Assembly (NCBI GenBank): GCA_030295235.1
Contig: AP026126.1
Coordinates: 62,001 to 126,000, forward strand
DNA from: Fistulifera solaris
Lineage: Eukaryota
DNA length: 64,000 bases
Reading direction: 5' to 3'
The notes under the pieces were generated by a model. The model did no database searches, had not been told where the DNA came from, and saw only the letters and a list, made by a program, of their open reading frames with translations. This document shows, in pieces, positions 1-11,960 of this stretch. A program made the position numbers and the translations under genes. Each line of letters opens with the position of its first letter. Position 1 is the first letter of the stretch.

Positions 1-3000
1 TGTTAGTAAGAGGGTGTGGCTTGGCCATGCTGTCATCGTTCAGTGTCCAAGAGGCCCACGACATGGCGGCAATTGCGCAAGTGGCGACCTTGCAGTCACG
101 AGTACCCTTTTGCATTTCATGGATGGCTTCCGTACCTCGCATGAAGTCAATAAGATTACCTTGATCAGTGATGAGCAGTTGAAGGTATTGCTGCCGTACG
201 ACAAGATTGAAGAGCATCGTCGGCGTAGCTTGTCGCCGATGCATCCGACGTAAGTGAAAGTAGTTGGTTGGGAATGTCGTTCATTTTAGTAATACTCACC
301 AACACGTTAATTTTCGCAGTCAACGAGGAACCGCACAGGGACCGGATGTGTTTATGCAATTGGTCGAAAGCAGTAACACGTACTATCAGGCCGTAGATGG
401 GATTATCGAAAAGGCCATGGCGGATTTTGCAGCCGTGACAGGTCGTACCTATCATCCCTATGAGTATGCCTATTACGGAACGACGCAGCCAACGGTAGCC
501 ATCATCACCATGGGATCTTCTGTGCGGGTGGTGGATCGTGCTCTGCACTATTTAAAGAGCGAGCAAGCGTGTATGATTGCGATTCGCATGTTCCGTCCTT
601 GGGCGGCCAAGAAATTCGTGGCACTCATTCCCCCGTCGGTACAGCGCATAGCCGTCCTCGATCGCACCCGAGAAGGAGGTTCTCAAGGTGAACCGCTGTA
701 TTTGGATGTTTGCACATCCTTACAGACGCAAAACCGGCACGGCATTTTCGTCGCGGGTGGGCGATATGGGCTGGGAAGCAAGGATTTCACGCCGCGCATG
801 GTGCATTCAGTAATTCAAAACATGCTCCGCAAGGATGTTCATGATATTCAGCATCCTTTCACGGTGGGAATTACGGATGATGTCACTCACTTATCGTTGC
901 CGCTGGGTCGTCCTCTAAGTACGATTGGCGATGAGGCGACGCAATGCGTCTTTATGGATTCGGAAGTGATGGTACGGTGGGAGCGAACAAGGAAGCCATC
1001 AAAATGATTGGGAATTATCAGGAGCAAACTAAAGTGCAAGCTTATTTCGAATACGATGCTAAGAAGAGCAGTGGATGGACGGTCTCGCACATGCGTTTCT
1101 CTCCAGGGACAGAAATTGACGCGCCATTTCGAATTGAAGAGGGCCAGGGAGATTACGTAGCCTGTCACAACGAGTCGTATGTACAAGCCAACAAGTTTGA
1201 TATTGTCAAATTTCTCAAGCGGCGCGGTACTTTCTTTCTAAATACAACCTGCGCTTCCGTTGCGGATCCGAAAGAGCGCTTGGAAGCGTTAGAAGCGCTT
1301 GTTTGTCATAAAACTCTCCGCAAGCTCGCCTTGAAGAATGCCAAGTTCTACATCATGGATGCTGGTCGCCTGGCCAGCAAATACGGACTTCCTGGACGTA
1401 TCAACGTAATCTGCATGTGCGTCTTCTTCCGCTTGAGTAGTGTCTTGCCGTTAGAAGATGCGATCGCGCTCTTGAAATCGTCCATCAGGAAGACGTATTC
1501 GTACAAGGGCGAAGACATCATGCAGAAAAACATCGATCTACTCGATACAGTTGTTAATGATCCGGAAAGTCTGTTACTAGTAGACATTCCGAAAAGGTGG
1601 CGAGCTTTTGAGGATGCAGAACAGGCCTTTTCCAAGCGACACGTGGCACTGATCGATGACGAAAAGGCGCGGCAATTTATGCAAGACATTGGTGATCCTG
1701 TTGCTCGGTTACAAGGAGACGCTATTCCTATCTCGAAGTTCCTTCAAAATAATCTTTTGGGTGGCGTTATGATTCCAGGTACATCGAAGTACGAGAAACG
1801 TAATCCGAATCCCAGCAAAAAGGTACCTGTATGGGAGCCCAACAACTGCACACAGTGTAATCAATGCGTCTTCATTTGCCCGCACGCTGCTATCCGGCCC
1901 TTTATTGTCACGAGAGATGAAGTTACAAAGGCTCCCCATCCCGAAACCTTTCAAACACTTAAGGCAACCGGTGTTGAACTCCAAGGAAAGCGTTACGCAC
2001 TTCAAGTGTCCGTGTTGGATTGTACCGGCTGCAATGCATGCGTAGAAGCGTGCCCCGAAGCTCCAAAAGCACTAAAAATGGGTCCTATCGAAGACTTGCT
2101 TACAACCGGAGTTGAGAACTGGGACTTTGCGATGAAGCTTCCCGAACGAGGCCACTTGGTGGAAAAGAGTAGTGTACGTGGTTCACAGTTTCAAACGCCA
2201 CTTATGGAATTTTCTGGTGCTTGCAGCGGTTGCGGAGAAACACCTTACTTCAAGCTTTTGACGCAACTTTTTGGACAGCGAATGCTGGTTGCGAATGCAA
2301 CGGGTTGCAGTACGATTTGGGAGGTTCTTTTCCATCGAATCCCTACACAGTGAACAAAGAAACGGGACGTGGACCGGCTTGGGCGAACTCCTTATTTGAA
2401 GACAACGCTGGTGCGTTACGATGCTTTTCATAAAGTTTATTTTGCTTGGCGCAAGATCCCCTAACAAAATATTTTTTTCTTGTTGTGCTCGTTATGAAGA
2501 GTTCGGTCTGGGCATGTTTTCTGCGACACAGCACCGCCGAGCTAGACTCGTTGGTTATGTCCAAGACTTTGTGCACCAAATGGAAATCTCACCACCACAG
2601 AATGATCTACTCTCGCAACTGGTTGCTCTTTTACACGAGTGGCTCGAGATCCGTGACGAAAAGTCGGATCGATGCACATTATTATTTGATCATATGGCAC
2701 CTTTATTCAAGTCCGTATTGTCGCAATCGCCTGGAGCTGATTCAAAACTGAGCGATCTGTTACAAAAATATGGTCCGAACGCGACATGTTTCCCAAACTG
2801 TCACAATGGATCTGCGGCGGTGACGGCTGGGCGTATGACATCGGTTTTGGTGGCTTGGACCATGTTGAAGCTTTTGAAGCCAACGATGTAAATGTGTTGG
2901 TGGTCGACACAGAAATGTACAGTAATACCGGTGGACAACAATCGAAAGCAACACCGGCTGGTGCAGCCGTCAAATTTGCCATGGGTGGGAAGCAGCAGAA

Positions 3001-5173
3001 GAAGAAGAGTTTAGGTGAAATGTTCATGACATATGAACACGTTTATGTGGCATCGGTGGCATTGCACAATTCAGCTCAAGTGCTACAAGCTTTTTGGGAG
3101 GCTGATCAACATCAAGGTCCTTCGATTATAATTGCATACGCTCCTTGCATTCAGCAAGGCGTTCGACCCGCCGGCTTAAATGACATGTACGATGAATCAA
3201 AGTTTGCCGTCGAAAGCGGCTACTGGCCACTGTATCGGTTCAATCCAGAGCTCACCAAGCAGGGTCAGAATCCATTTGTCTTGGATAGCAAAAAGTTGCG
3301 AAAAGATGTAACGGCGTTCTTGCAACGAGAAAGTCGCTTCATCAACTTGCGAAAAAGGGATCCAAAAGTAGCCGATGCTCTGTGGGAGCAAGTAACTGCA
3401 GATGTCAACCATAGAATGGACCACTTGCAACAACTAGCCGAAGGCTACAAGAATTTCTCCCATCCCAGTGACGCGAAAATCAAAGTTTTGTTTGCGTCGG
3501 AAACGGGTACTGCGGCTCGAGTGGCGCGTGATTTTGCTAACGCGTGCCCAGATTCAGCCACTGCATCGGCACTTGATGATATCGATATCGACGATGACAT
3601 TAACGGCAAGGTAGTCGTGCTGTTTGTATCAACATGTGGACAAGGAGCGATGCCGCGGAACGGTAGAAACTTTTACCACGAATTATGTCGGCGTACAGAG
3701 CCATTGCAAGCAGAGACGAAGTTTCTTATTTTTGGCTTGGGTGATTCTAGCTACTACTTTTACTTGAAGGCTGCCAGAGATATTCAAGACCGTTTGAGAG
3801 CATTGGGAGCTACCCAATTGTTGGACATGGGAGAAGGTGACGACGCAGCAGAAGACGGTATGGAAGCCGGTTTGCACGACTGGCTGGAACTTGTGTGGCC
3901 GAAGTTGGAAATACCTCCACCGTCCGAGGTGCCGCATATTCAAGCCGTCAATGCCACCTTCTCAAACCGTGCCATTCTTCGACCGGAAGAGGACTGGCAC
4001 GTGCTGGAACAGTACTACCATGGAGTTCATCATGCTGTCAATGCTACAATCATCAGTAATGACTTGATGTGCCGGCCCGATTACAACCGCGACTTCCGAA
4101 GGCTTCGCTTGGCGAAAGCCAACACCGAACTTGAAAATTTCCAGCTGGGAGATGCTTTGGAAATATTTCCACAGAACGACCCAACACTTGTATCGCAGTT
4201 TCTACACGATTACTCACCTGATTTTGGAGAAAATACGGTGGTCCAGCTCCATCAGGCTTTTGGTATACACGGCGAGATATCGTTAGCAGCTCTGTTCACG
4301 AGCATTTTGGATTTGTTTGGAAAGCCGACTAAACACTTTCTGCAAGAGTTAGCAACATTTGCGAAGACTGAACAAGACAAGGCAATTCTCTTGGATCCGA
4401 TGTACTTGAAAAAAGCCGCAAAACAGACCGGAATGACGGTTGCCGATGTCTTGATGCAATTTCAGACAGCGAATCCTGCGCTACCGGCCCTACTCGGGAT
4501 GATTCCGCCAATTAAACCCCGAGCATATTCGATTGCCAGTACCCCGCATGCCAGTCACATTGAACTGTTGGTTTTAATTGATACGTGGTGGTGTGAAGCT
4601 GGTATGAAATATGGCTTGACTTGTAACATGCTTCGCAAGTTGCATCCCAGTAATACGGTTTGGTGTCGGATCCACCCAGGAAGTATGGAGCCCCCTTCGC
4701 CGCAAGATCCAGTCGTATGCGCTGGCATTGGAAGTGGTTTGGCGCCGCATATGGCATTTTTGAGAGATCGCGTACGGGCCGCCGAAGCAGGGGAACAAGT
4801 CGGTCCATTTTCTTTGTATTTCGGAAATCGCTACCGTTCCGATGAGTACCTCTATGAGTCCGAGTTGGCTGAGTATGCTCGCAAACACTCCGAATGGTTC
4901 CACTTGCATGTTGCCTTCAGTCGCGATGATCCGCACAAGAAAGTCTACGTGCAGAATCTTGTGGGTGACACGGACGATGCAAGGCTGTATTTGCGTGACC
5001 AGCCAGGTCTCTTGTACGTCTGTGGAAACCGTCAACTGCCGAAGCCATTGCAACAGGCACTCGTAAAATCCTTTTGTCGCCCGAATCCTGAAGACGAGAG
5101 TGAAGTGTCGAAAGCCATCAAGGCCGTGAAAGACTTGTATCTTCATGGCAAAGCACAACAGGAGGTGTGGTAG
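1..5173 (+). CDS. PNO: Pyruvate:NADP+ oxidoreductase (PFOR fused to flavodoxin and FAD/NADPH-binding CPR-like module); 5' end outside window
   Basis: PFOR motifs: HFMDGFRTSHE, RGTAQGPD, GGRYGLGSKDF, GFGSDGTVGANK, YDAKKSSG, two ferredoxin motifs (CTQCNQCVFICP, CTGCNACVEACP), GACSGCGE, ATGCS, TPP motif GGDGWAYDIG. C-terminal flavodoxin (FASETGTA, STCGQG, GLGDSSY) and FNR module (RAYSIAS, GIGSGLAP, YFGNR, YVCG, terminal W). Introns 250-319 and 2411-2499. One-base homopolymer deletions near 953, 2320 and 2766 join the ORF pieces. Confidence 0.95.
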
Positions 5174-5510
5174 ATGGAGTGCAATATCTCGCTTTGGATA
5201 CTTGTCTCACCACAGTGCAACTATCACAAATCACAATACATATTTGATACTTAGCGTTATAAACTTCATTAAACCTTTTAAATTCTATTTTTCGTACAAA
5301 CGACAACATTCCGCCTGGTGCTTTTTCGAGGTGAATCGTCACCATCGATCAGGTTCGGCACGGCTAAAATATCGGTTATCTTCCTGGAAAAGAAGCACTT
5401 TGCGCTTGCTCGTTGTTGTGAAGCAGAATTGCGTTCTTTTTGCTGTGGTGTTGGATCCAATGGGCCCGTCTCCATGTTGCGGGTTAAATTTCGAATATTA
5501 CAAGAATCAC

Positions 5511-6626
5511 CTATACTCGACGAACGACGATGCCGAACAGGTTTGCTATATCGCAACATGTCCGATTTCTTTGCCGCAGTTCTTTCTTCATTCGCTCTCG
5601 AAGACTCACGAGGTATCCGAGAACCTTTAACAATACCCTGAAGTCGCGAATGTAACTTGGATTGTTCCTTTTGTCTGTCTTTGTGTCTTTGACCAGACGG
5701 CCGGATTCATGTTGGTAGGTTTTCGTAGACCGAGTCGTAGAGGAACGTAACGACTTCTCGGAATCTTGTGAAGATTGTTTGAAACTGTGGCTCTTGGCGT
5801 CGGATTCTTCTTTCGACCGATCGGATTTCTTACGTGACATTCGACGTTGCATTGGTTCTTTGCCCTCCAGCTGGATCAATGATAGACTGACCTCGTCCGA
5901 AGAATGGCGTCGCCTGGGCTTCTTGTTTTTCACCCGCAAAAGCGATTGTTGGAGACAACTGCGTTGTTGCATGTATTCCATCGCCTTGGAAGAACTCTTG
6001 GTTATGGAACCCGATCGAATGTGCCGGGGTCGGCGTCCTCGCGATTTGCTTACTGTGGAAGAAGACGACCTCATGGAGGATTGACTGGCATCATCATCAT
6101 TATCACACGGATTCCATGATAAAGATCGAAAGGACGACGCTTGCTCCAAAGCCGACAAGGTCCTTGATAGTTGATTGCTCTCGGACGTGTCGTCGGCATC
6201 GCTATCCCAATCGATCTCGTCAAAGTCTCCTTCAAATTCGATCGATTCCCTGCGATTCATAGTGGGACGATTATTCCACTTGATGGTAAACAAATTAACA
6301 TCATTGGATTTGGTGCGACGATGCTGGAGATCATCTTGGCTCTGCGGTAGCGTCAGCGACTGACTCAAACCACGCGGCGCTCTTCGCATTTCGATCAAAG
6401 ACTGAACACTCTTTTGATCAGAGCAAGATGCGCATTTGGACTGTCTCCGATGAGCTAGTCGATGCAACGCAGCATCCAAACTCCCCATGACGTGTTGTTG
6501 ATCCGACTGTTGCGAATCGGCTTTTGATTTACCTTTGACGTCTCGCAACCGAAGAGGGGACGGCATCATTGCCGCTGTCGGTGGACCCATGGAAAAAGAC
6601 GATGGGCGCTGAAACATACGATTCAT
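5511..6626 (-). CDS. Hypothetical Ser/Arg-rich low-complexity protein
   Basis: 371-aa ATG-initiated ORF; disordered composition, no recognisable domain; C-terminus uncertain. Confidence 0.55.
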   Translation of the reverse strand: MNRMFQRPSSFSMGPPTAAMMPSPLRLRDVKGKSKADSQQSDQQHVMGSLDAALHRLAHRRQSKCASCSDQKSVQSLIEMRRAPRGLSQSLTLPQSQDDLQHRRTKSNDVNLFTIKWNNRPTMNRRESIEFEGDFDEIDWDSDADDTSESNQLSRTLSALEQASSFRSLSWNPCDNDDDASQSSMRSSSSTVSKSRGRRPRHIRSGSITKSSSKAMEYMQQRSCLQQSLLRVKNKKPRRRHSSDEVSLSLIQLEGKEPMQRRMSRKKSDRSKEESDAKSHSFKQSSQDSEKSLRSSTTRSTKTYQHESGRLVKDTKTDKRNNPSYIRDFRVLLKVLGYLVSLRERMKKELRQRNRTCCDIANLFGIVVRRV

Positions 6627-7637
6627 TTTGGTGATGACTACTTAATAAGCTTAGCGAAACGAGGTCAAAACAAAAGCGTTTGAGGAAGAGGGCAGCTGCT
6701 CGAGGAAAATGTAAAAAACAACGAAAACAATTTTGCTTTGCTTTGCTTGTTGCATTTTGCATGTTGAATGTTGAACGGTTCTTCTCGGAAAGTTCTCTTG
6801 TTGAAGGAGGTCATCAGGTGCCTATTTGTTATTGAAAGAAAGTAGAATGGGCGTTCTTTCCCGAGTAGTATTACTGGAGACTTCCAGAAGTCCCGTAGGT
6901 TTGAAGAATTCTCGATTCTCAGATCTCGGATCTCGGATGTTCCAAAAGAGAATTCAGGGGCACAATGACTATCGATTACCGAATACCGATTGTGAAGTCT
7001 TATCGCAAGAAAAATCCTAAGACCTGAATCAGAATTCCAACTGGCATCCAGCTATGGGTCATACATCATAGAATACTAAGTCATAGCTCATAACTGAGTA
7101 CAAAGTATAGCAAAAAATAGCAGATCAGTAGATCAGATGCCATTCTTAAACTTAACGTTGAAGAAATCACGGAACGCGAAGACGATGATGCTCTTTCTCT
7201 TCAAACGAGAAAAAACTAGAGAGAGGTCCAATCCTCAACAATTTTATTTCTCTTTTCGCACTCCCAACAAACTACGACATCATGCTTACTAAAGAAAATG
7301 GAATATGACCATCGGAACGGAAATAAGACGCCCGCCCTGACGCGAAAAACTTCGAGACGATTATCCCCTCTTTCAAGTCTATAAAGAGCTCGACAACTTC
7401 ATTGATGACAGTTGAAAACACACTGACGGTCAAGTGTGCTGCCATCATTGGCTAATCTTCGACTTGCGATACATAAAAAAATCCAAATAGCAGCACAATG
7501 CTGATATCAGCCTTTTTTGCTAGATCTTTGTATTGAAAACTATGCTTTCCGGTAGTTCTTCTCATCTTAGTTTTAATGGTATCGTTGTCTCCAAAGCACC
7601 ACGAAAATAGGGCCCAAAGTCCTCTTCGAACTAAGTC

Positions 7638-9950
7638 TTAGCTCACCAAAAGAGCTTTCGCCAAGTTGCGTGGAGTGTCGGGATTAAGGCCCCTGTCGTA
7701 ACGAAGAAACAGAAACAAGCCGGGTCAGAAAAATCTAGAATACAAGCACTGGCTCGATTCCTAACACGTCCCCACAAATTATCAACTTACTTTATCAATG
7801 CCAATTCGTACGCAATCAATGTCAAAGGAATTGTTGCCGCCAAGGCTGTCAAGTATCCATTGTTTGGGATAACAATCGGATCGTCGTCTAAATCTTCCGC
7901 CAATGCCGCATTGTCGGTAATGATATGAATCTGGGCACCACGTGCTTTGACGACTTCGGCGGCCATGCGCATTTCCTGAGCGTGATCGTCATCCAAAATG
8001 ATCATAATCACGGGCGTTGCGCCTTGTTTACCAGTCAAATCACTTTGCAATAATGCAAACGGACCATGAATCAACGAACCGCCGCTGTATCCTTCGGCAT
8101 GGATGTAACTGAATTCTTTTAGTTTCAACGCACCCTCTTGTGCCACGGGCTCACCAAAGCCTTTGCCGAGCACGAAACAATGTTCTTTGCCTTTGAGCTT
8201 ACGAGCAATGGATTTGCACTGCTCGTGCGTCTGCAGCGCAGCACCAAACGACATGGGGAGTCGCATGAGAGATTCTTTTAATTGCTCGGCTTCCACCAAA
8301 TGTTGCTTCTTACGATTCGGACGGTTCTGCTGAAACCACAGGGCAATCAGAGATAACACAGTGACTTGACTGGTGAAAGCTTTGGTGCTGGCCACGGCGT
8401 TTTCGCGCCCCGCATTGCAATAGACACCCAATTTTGTGGCACGCGCAATCGTACTGCCCACGGCATTGACCACTGACATGGTGGGAATATTCAATCCTTT
8501 GGCCATTTGCACCAACGAAACACCATCTTTGGTTTCACCCGATTGCGAAATGACGACTAAACCGGTTTCTCGCAAATCTTCCGATACGGGAAAATCTTTG
8601 GATTCACATTCGGCCGCATCCAGTGCCGCCACGGAAGTGACACTCCCCAAACGTTTCATCAGCAGTTCACCATATTTCGCGGCATGCAAGGAAGTAGCGA
8701 CACCTGCCAATACCAAATGACGTATCTGTTTCAAGGATTCCACTTGATCATCGAGTCCCCCCAAATACACCCGATCCGCACCCAAACGACCACCAAAGCC
8801 AAGAGCGCGTGCCGCGGCCTGTGGAGCTTCCGACAATTCTTTCAAGGTCCAATGCGGATAAGGTTCCGGTGACGAGGCCCGTTGTTCTTCTTCTTCGTCG
8901 TCATCCGCGACTTGTTCCACCCGCGAAAAATCCAACGACCGTCCATCGGCATAGAGTGTCGCAATTTCACCATCTTCCATATGCACGACGGTCTTGGTCA
9001 ATCCAGCAAAGGCTTCGGCTTCACTGGCGACATACATGCGACGATCATCGACTCCAATGACCATGGGAGATCCGTGACAGGCGACAATGAGTTGATCGGG
9101 TTGAGTTTGACTCATGACAACCAATCCCCACGTCCCATCACACCGACTAAGTGCTTTTTCCACCGCTTGTTTCAAATTGTCGCCGTTGTAATAGTGACCA
9201 ATCAATTTGGCCAAAACTTCCGAATCCGTTTGTCCTTGCAACGATATTTTATGAACTTCAATCAGTTCCTTCCGCAAGGCATCATAGTTATTGATATTCC
9301 CGTTGTGCACGACCGCAATACGTCCCGCCGCATCCGTGTGCGGATGCGCATTTTCGTTCGTCCGGGCTCCTTGGGTCGCCCACCGTGTATGCGCAATGCC
9401 CATGCTGTCGACGGAAGTAGGATGTTGCGTTTGCACCAATTCAATGGAATTCATGCCGTGATCGACGCTGGCAAATTTGGTAATAGTCTGTGTGTGTGTA
9501 TGTGTGTCGAAGAGAAGCGATCGTATGTGTATGTGTGAGAGAAAATATGAAAGAGCATTCTTTTTCGTCGTCTGCCGTGGATGACGCACCATATGTTCTC
9601 CTTGAGCATCCATTGTAGCAATTCCCGCACTATCGAAACCACGATTCTTTAGTAAACTCAATCCATTCAATAAAAAAGTCGCTGAATTATAAAGAAAGTG
9701 AGCAAAGAGCGAACGGAAAGTCAAAGGACTTGAAGGACTTTTTGTTTTTGGTTACGCACCGCGAAGAATAATTCTCACTCCCAATAACTCCCACCAATCC
9801 ACAACAGTAGGCTTTCTTGGCTTGGAAGTAGGAAATGAGTTCATCTTCGTTTTGTAGGGAATAGCCCGCCGTCACGGCGGCAACGGCCATCCACCGTGAT
9901 GAGAATAAAGGAGTAGTCCCTGAGCGTTTCGTGAGAATATGGCGTAACAT
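7638..9950 (-). CDS. GFAT: Glucosamine--fructose-6-phosphate aminotransferase (GFAT/GlmS), divergent, with N-terminal presequence
   Basis: CGLVGVIG Ntn start, RGFDSAG, AHTRWAT, NAHPH, VVHNG, SQSGET, VASTKAFT, LKLKE, HAEG, HGPFAL, C-terminal PRNLAK. Introns 9759-9682, 9589-9488 and 7790-7693 (GT..AG); last exon GLNPDTPRNLAKALLVS*. A one-base indel is probable in the T-run near 9675. Confidence 0.92.
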
Positions 9951-10680
9951 AATGAACTTATATATTACTTGCGCTCAGAGGACCTTTGTGCTGTCTCGTT
10001 CGTTTCAGATGCAACTTTCTTAGAGTGCAGCAAGAGAAAAGCAACGATAACAATAGCAACAACAATAAAAAAATCTTTTTTTCGGTTTTCGCGCTTAAAT
10101 AATTATATCGTCGAGGATTTCTTTGCCGGTCCCATTCGTGACCCAACGATGACCCTGGGAAATAGTGTTCGACAGGATGTACAAAGTATAATACAGCGCC
10201 AAACCGCGCTTTCGGCGCGCCTTTTTCTACAAGAACGCCTATACCCAATGTCACTATTCTCAAAGAAGTAGCAGAATGATGCACCCATGCACCCATGCTG
10301 AAATAGCGGACGACGGCAAGACTGAATAAGTCGAATACGTCCGTACGGCGTACGTGATTATGTATCGCACTGGTTCTAGACGTGGGATTCCGCCTACAGT
10401 ATAAGAACAGTATGCATTGAAGATCACTGCAAATTCAATGTATGGAGCTTTGTCGTACAGCGCAGTAATATATGGACAATTGAGTATAGTATGAAACGAG
10501 CACAACGCATGCAGCGAAAATAAACGAGACATCGCGGCAAACAATAGGCACGACATGAAACACAGCAGCGTTTGCTTTCTCAGTTCATTCATTCGTTGAT
10601 TATTATTATTATTATTACAACTCTTTACTGCTTCCCACATCTGCGGAGCTTGCGACCTGAATTTCCGATTTGCATTTACA

Positions 10681-11506
10681 ATGGCGTACGTATCCTTAGA
10701 TAAGAGAGCAGAAAAAGAGAGACTCTTGTGGGATGCTTCCCCTCTTTGTTCCTCGCTGTACTTTTTCGCTTCTCATGCACATCACTTTTCTTTTCTTTCC
10801 CAACAATACATCTTTTTCTTAACCTTTTAATGCACAATCCCATTCTATCTTCAACGACGCAAATATATATATATCACAGACTCCCCGGATCACGGCACCG
10901 CCAACGCCGGAAACGCACCATCCACGCATGTCAGGGACTCACCTTTTGTCGTTTTGCATGACCTTTCTATCCTTTGATTTCTTTGCCACTGTATTGGGAC
11001 TAACGATTGTCATTCTGTATACGTGTTCGACTTGTTGGGTGAAACAAACGAACGAATTGTATCGACAACAGCAACCGACCTCGACGGCACTCTTGACATC
11101 TTCCCTCTTGTCGTTTGTGTGCAGTGGTGTCATGTTGTGGTCAGTCTTTGTGATTGCCTTGACGACCGTGTGTGATGAAAAGACTGGTACTGATAACAAC
11201 ACCACGGATACTAACACGACACTGGCACCGCAAGAAGAAGAAGAAGAGGAAAACACTACGGATTATGATTTCTTTTGCAAGAATCGGTCCTGGATTTGGG
11301 CTTTTTCGATTCTTTCTTCCGTCACGTGGTTTATTAATGCTTGTCTGCTAATGTGGTTGTCCACGACGGTTCCTCCGCCACCGCCTCCGCCACGGAGACG
11401 GCAACGGCCGGTGATGTGGGAAGAAGACGGTGATACCGTAGCCGAGACGATGGTAGATGAGAATGAAGAGCGGGAGGATGTGTCGCCCGAAACCGGAATG
11501 CGATAA
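10681..11506 (+). CDS. Hypothetical multi-pass membrane protein
   Basis: ORF 10928-11506 has about 3 hydrophobic helices and an acidic, N-glycosylatable loop. A possible first exon (ATGGCGTAC, 10681-10689) splices in frame to the CAG acceptor at 10879. Confidence 0.6.
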
Positions 11507-11960
11507 ACGAGAATGGCAGAAAATGTACATGATATGACAGTATGTGTCGAACGAGAGATTGAAGCATGTACAACGACGCCGACGATTATTAGAGACCGTT
11601 TGCAATGAATTTGTATACTTCGAATGAAGATTCATCGATGAGTAGCCACAAATCACTATCCTATTCTGCGATGCACATGGTAAAATGCAACGACGTCTTT
11701 AGTGAATTAAAAGGATGCCTCTTTTTGGTCTGGAGAAGTAGTGAGTAGTTACTTTACAATTACAATATCTTATTCGCATCGGCCTACTTCAACGTTTTTC
11801 TCCTTACTGCTTAGCGATTTTCTAGGCTCACGAAGATCACTATGTATACTGCGTTTAGGATGATACTATGACAGAAGAAACAATCTTCACAAATAGCTGG
11901 TGATTACATTTACAGATGCGCTTCACAATAATAGACAAAAATGGCGGTGCCGAAGTATTT

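Noticed and set aside
1..5173. PNO as a pseudogene, split operon or programmed frameshifting
   Set aside because: All breaks are one-base homopolymer deletions or canonical introns, the motifs are intact, and the same error pattern recurs in housekeeping genes.
6800..7600. Possible ncRNA or tRNA in the long intergenic region
   Set aside because: No cloverleaf, A/B boxes or convincing stem-loop seen by eye; no RNA gene could be supported anywhere in the window.
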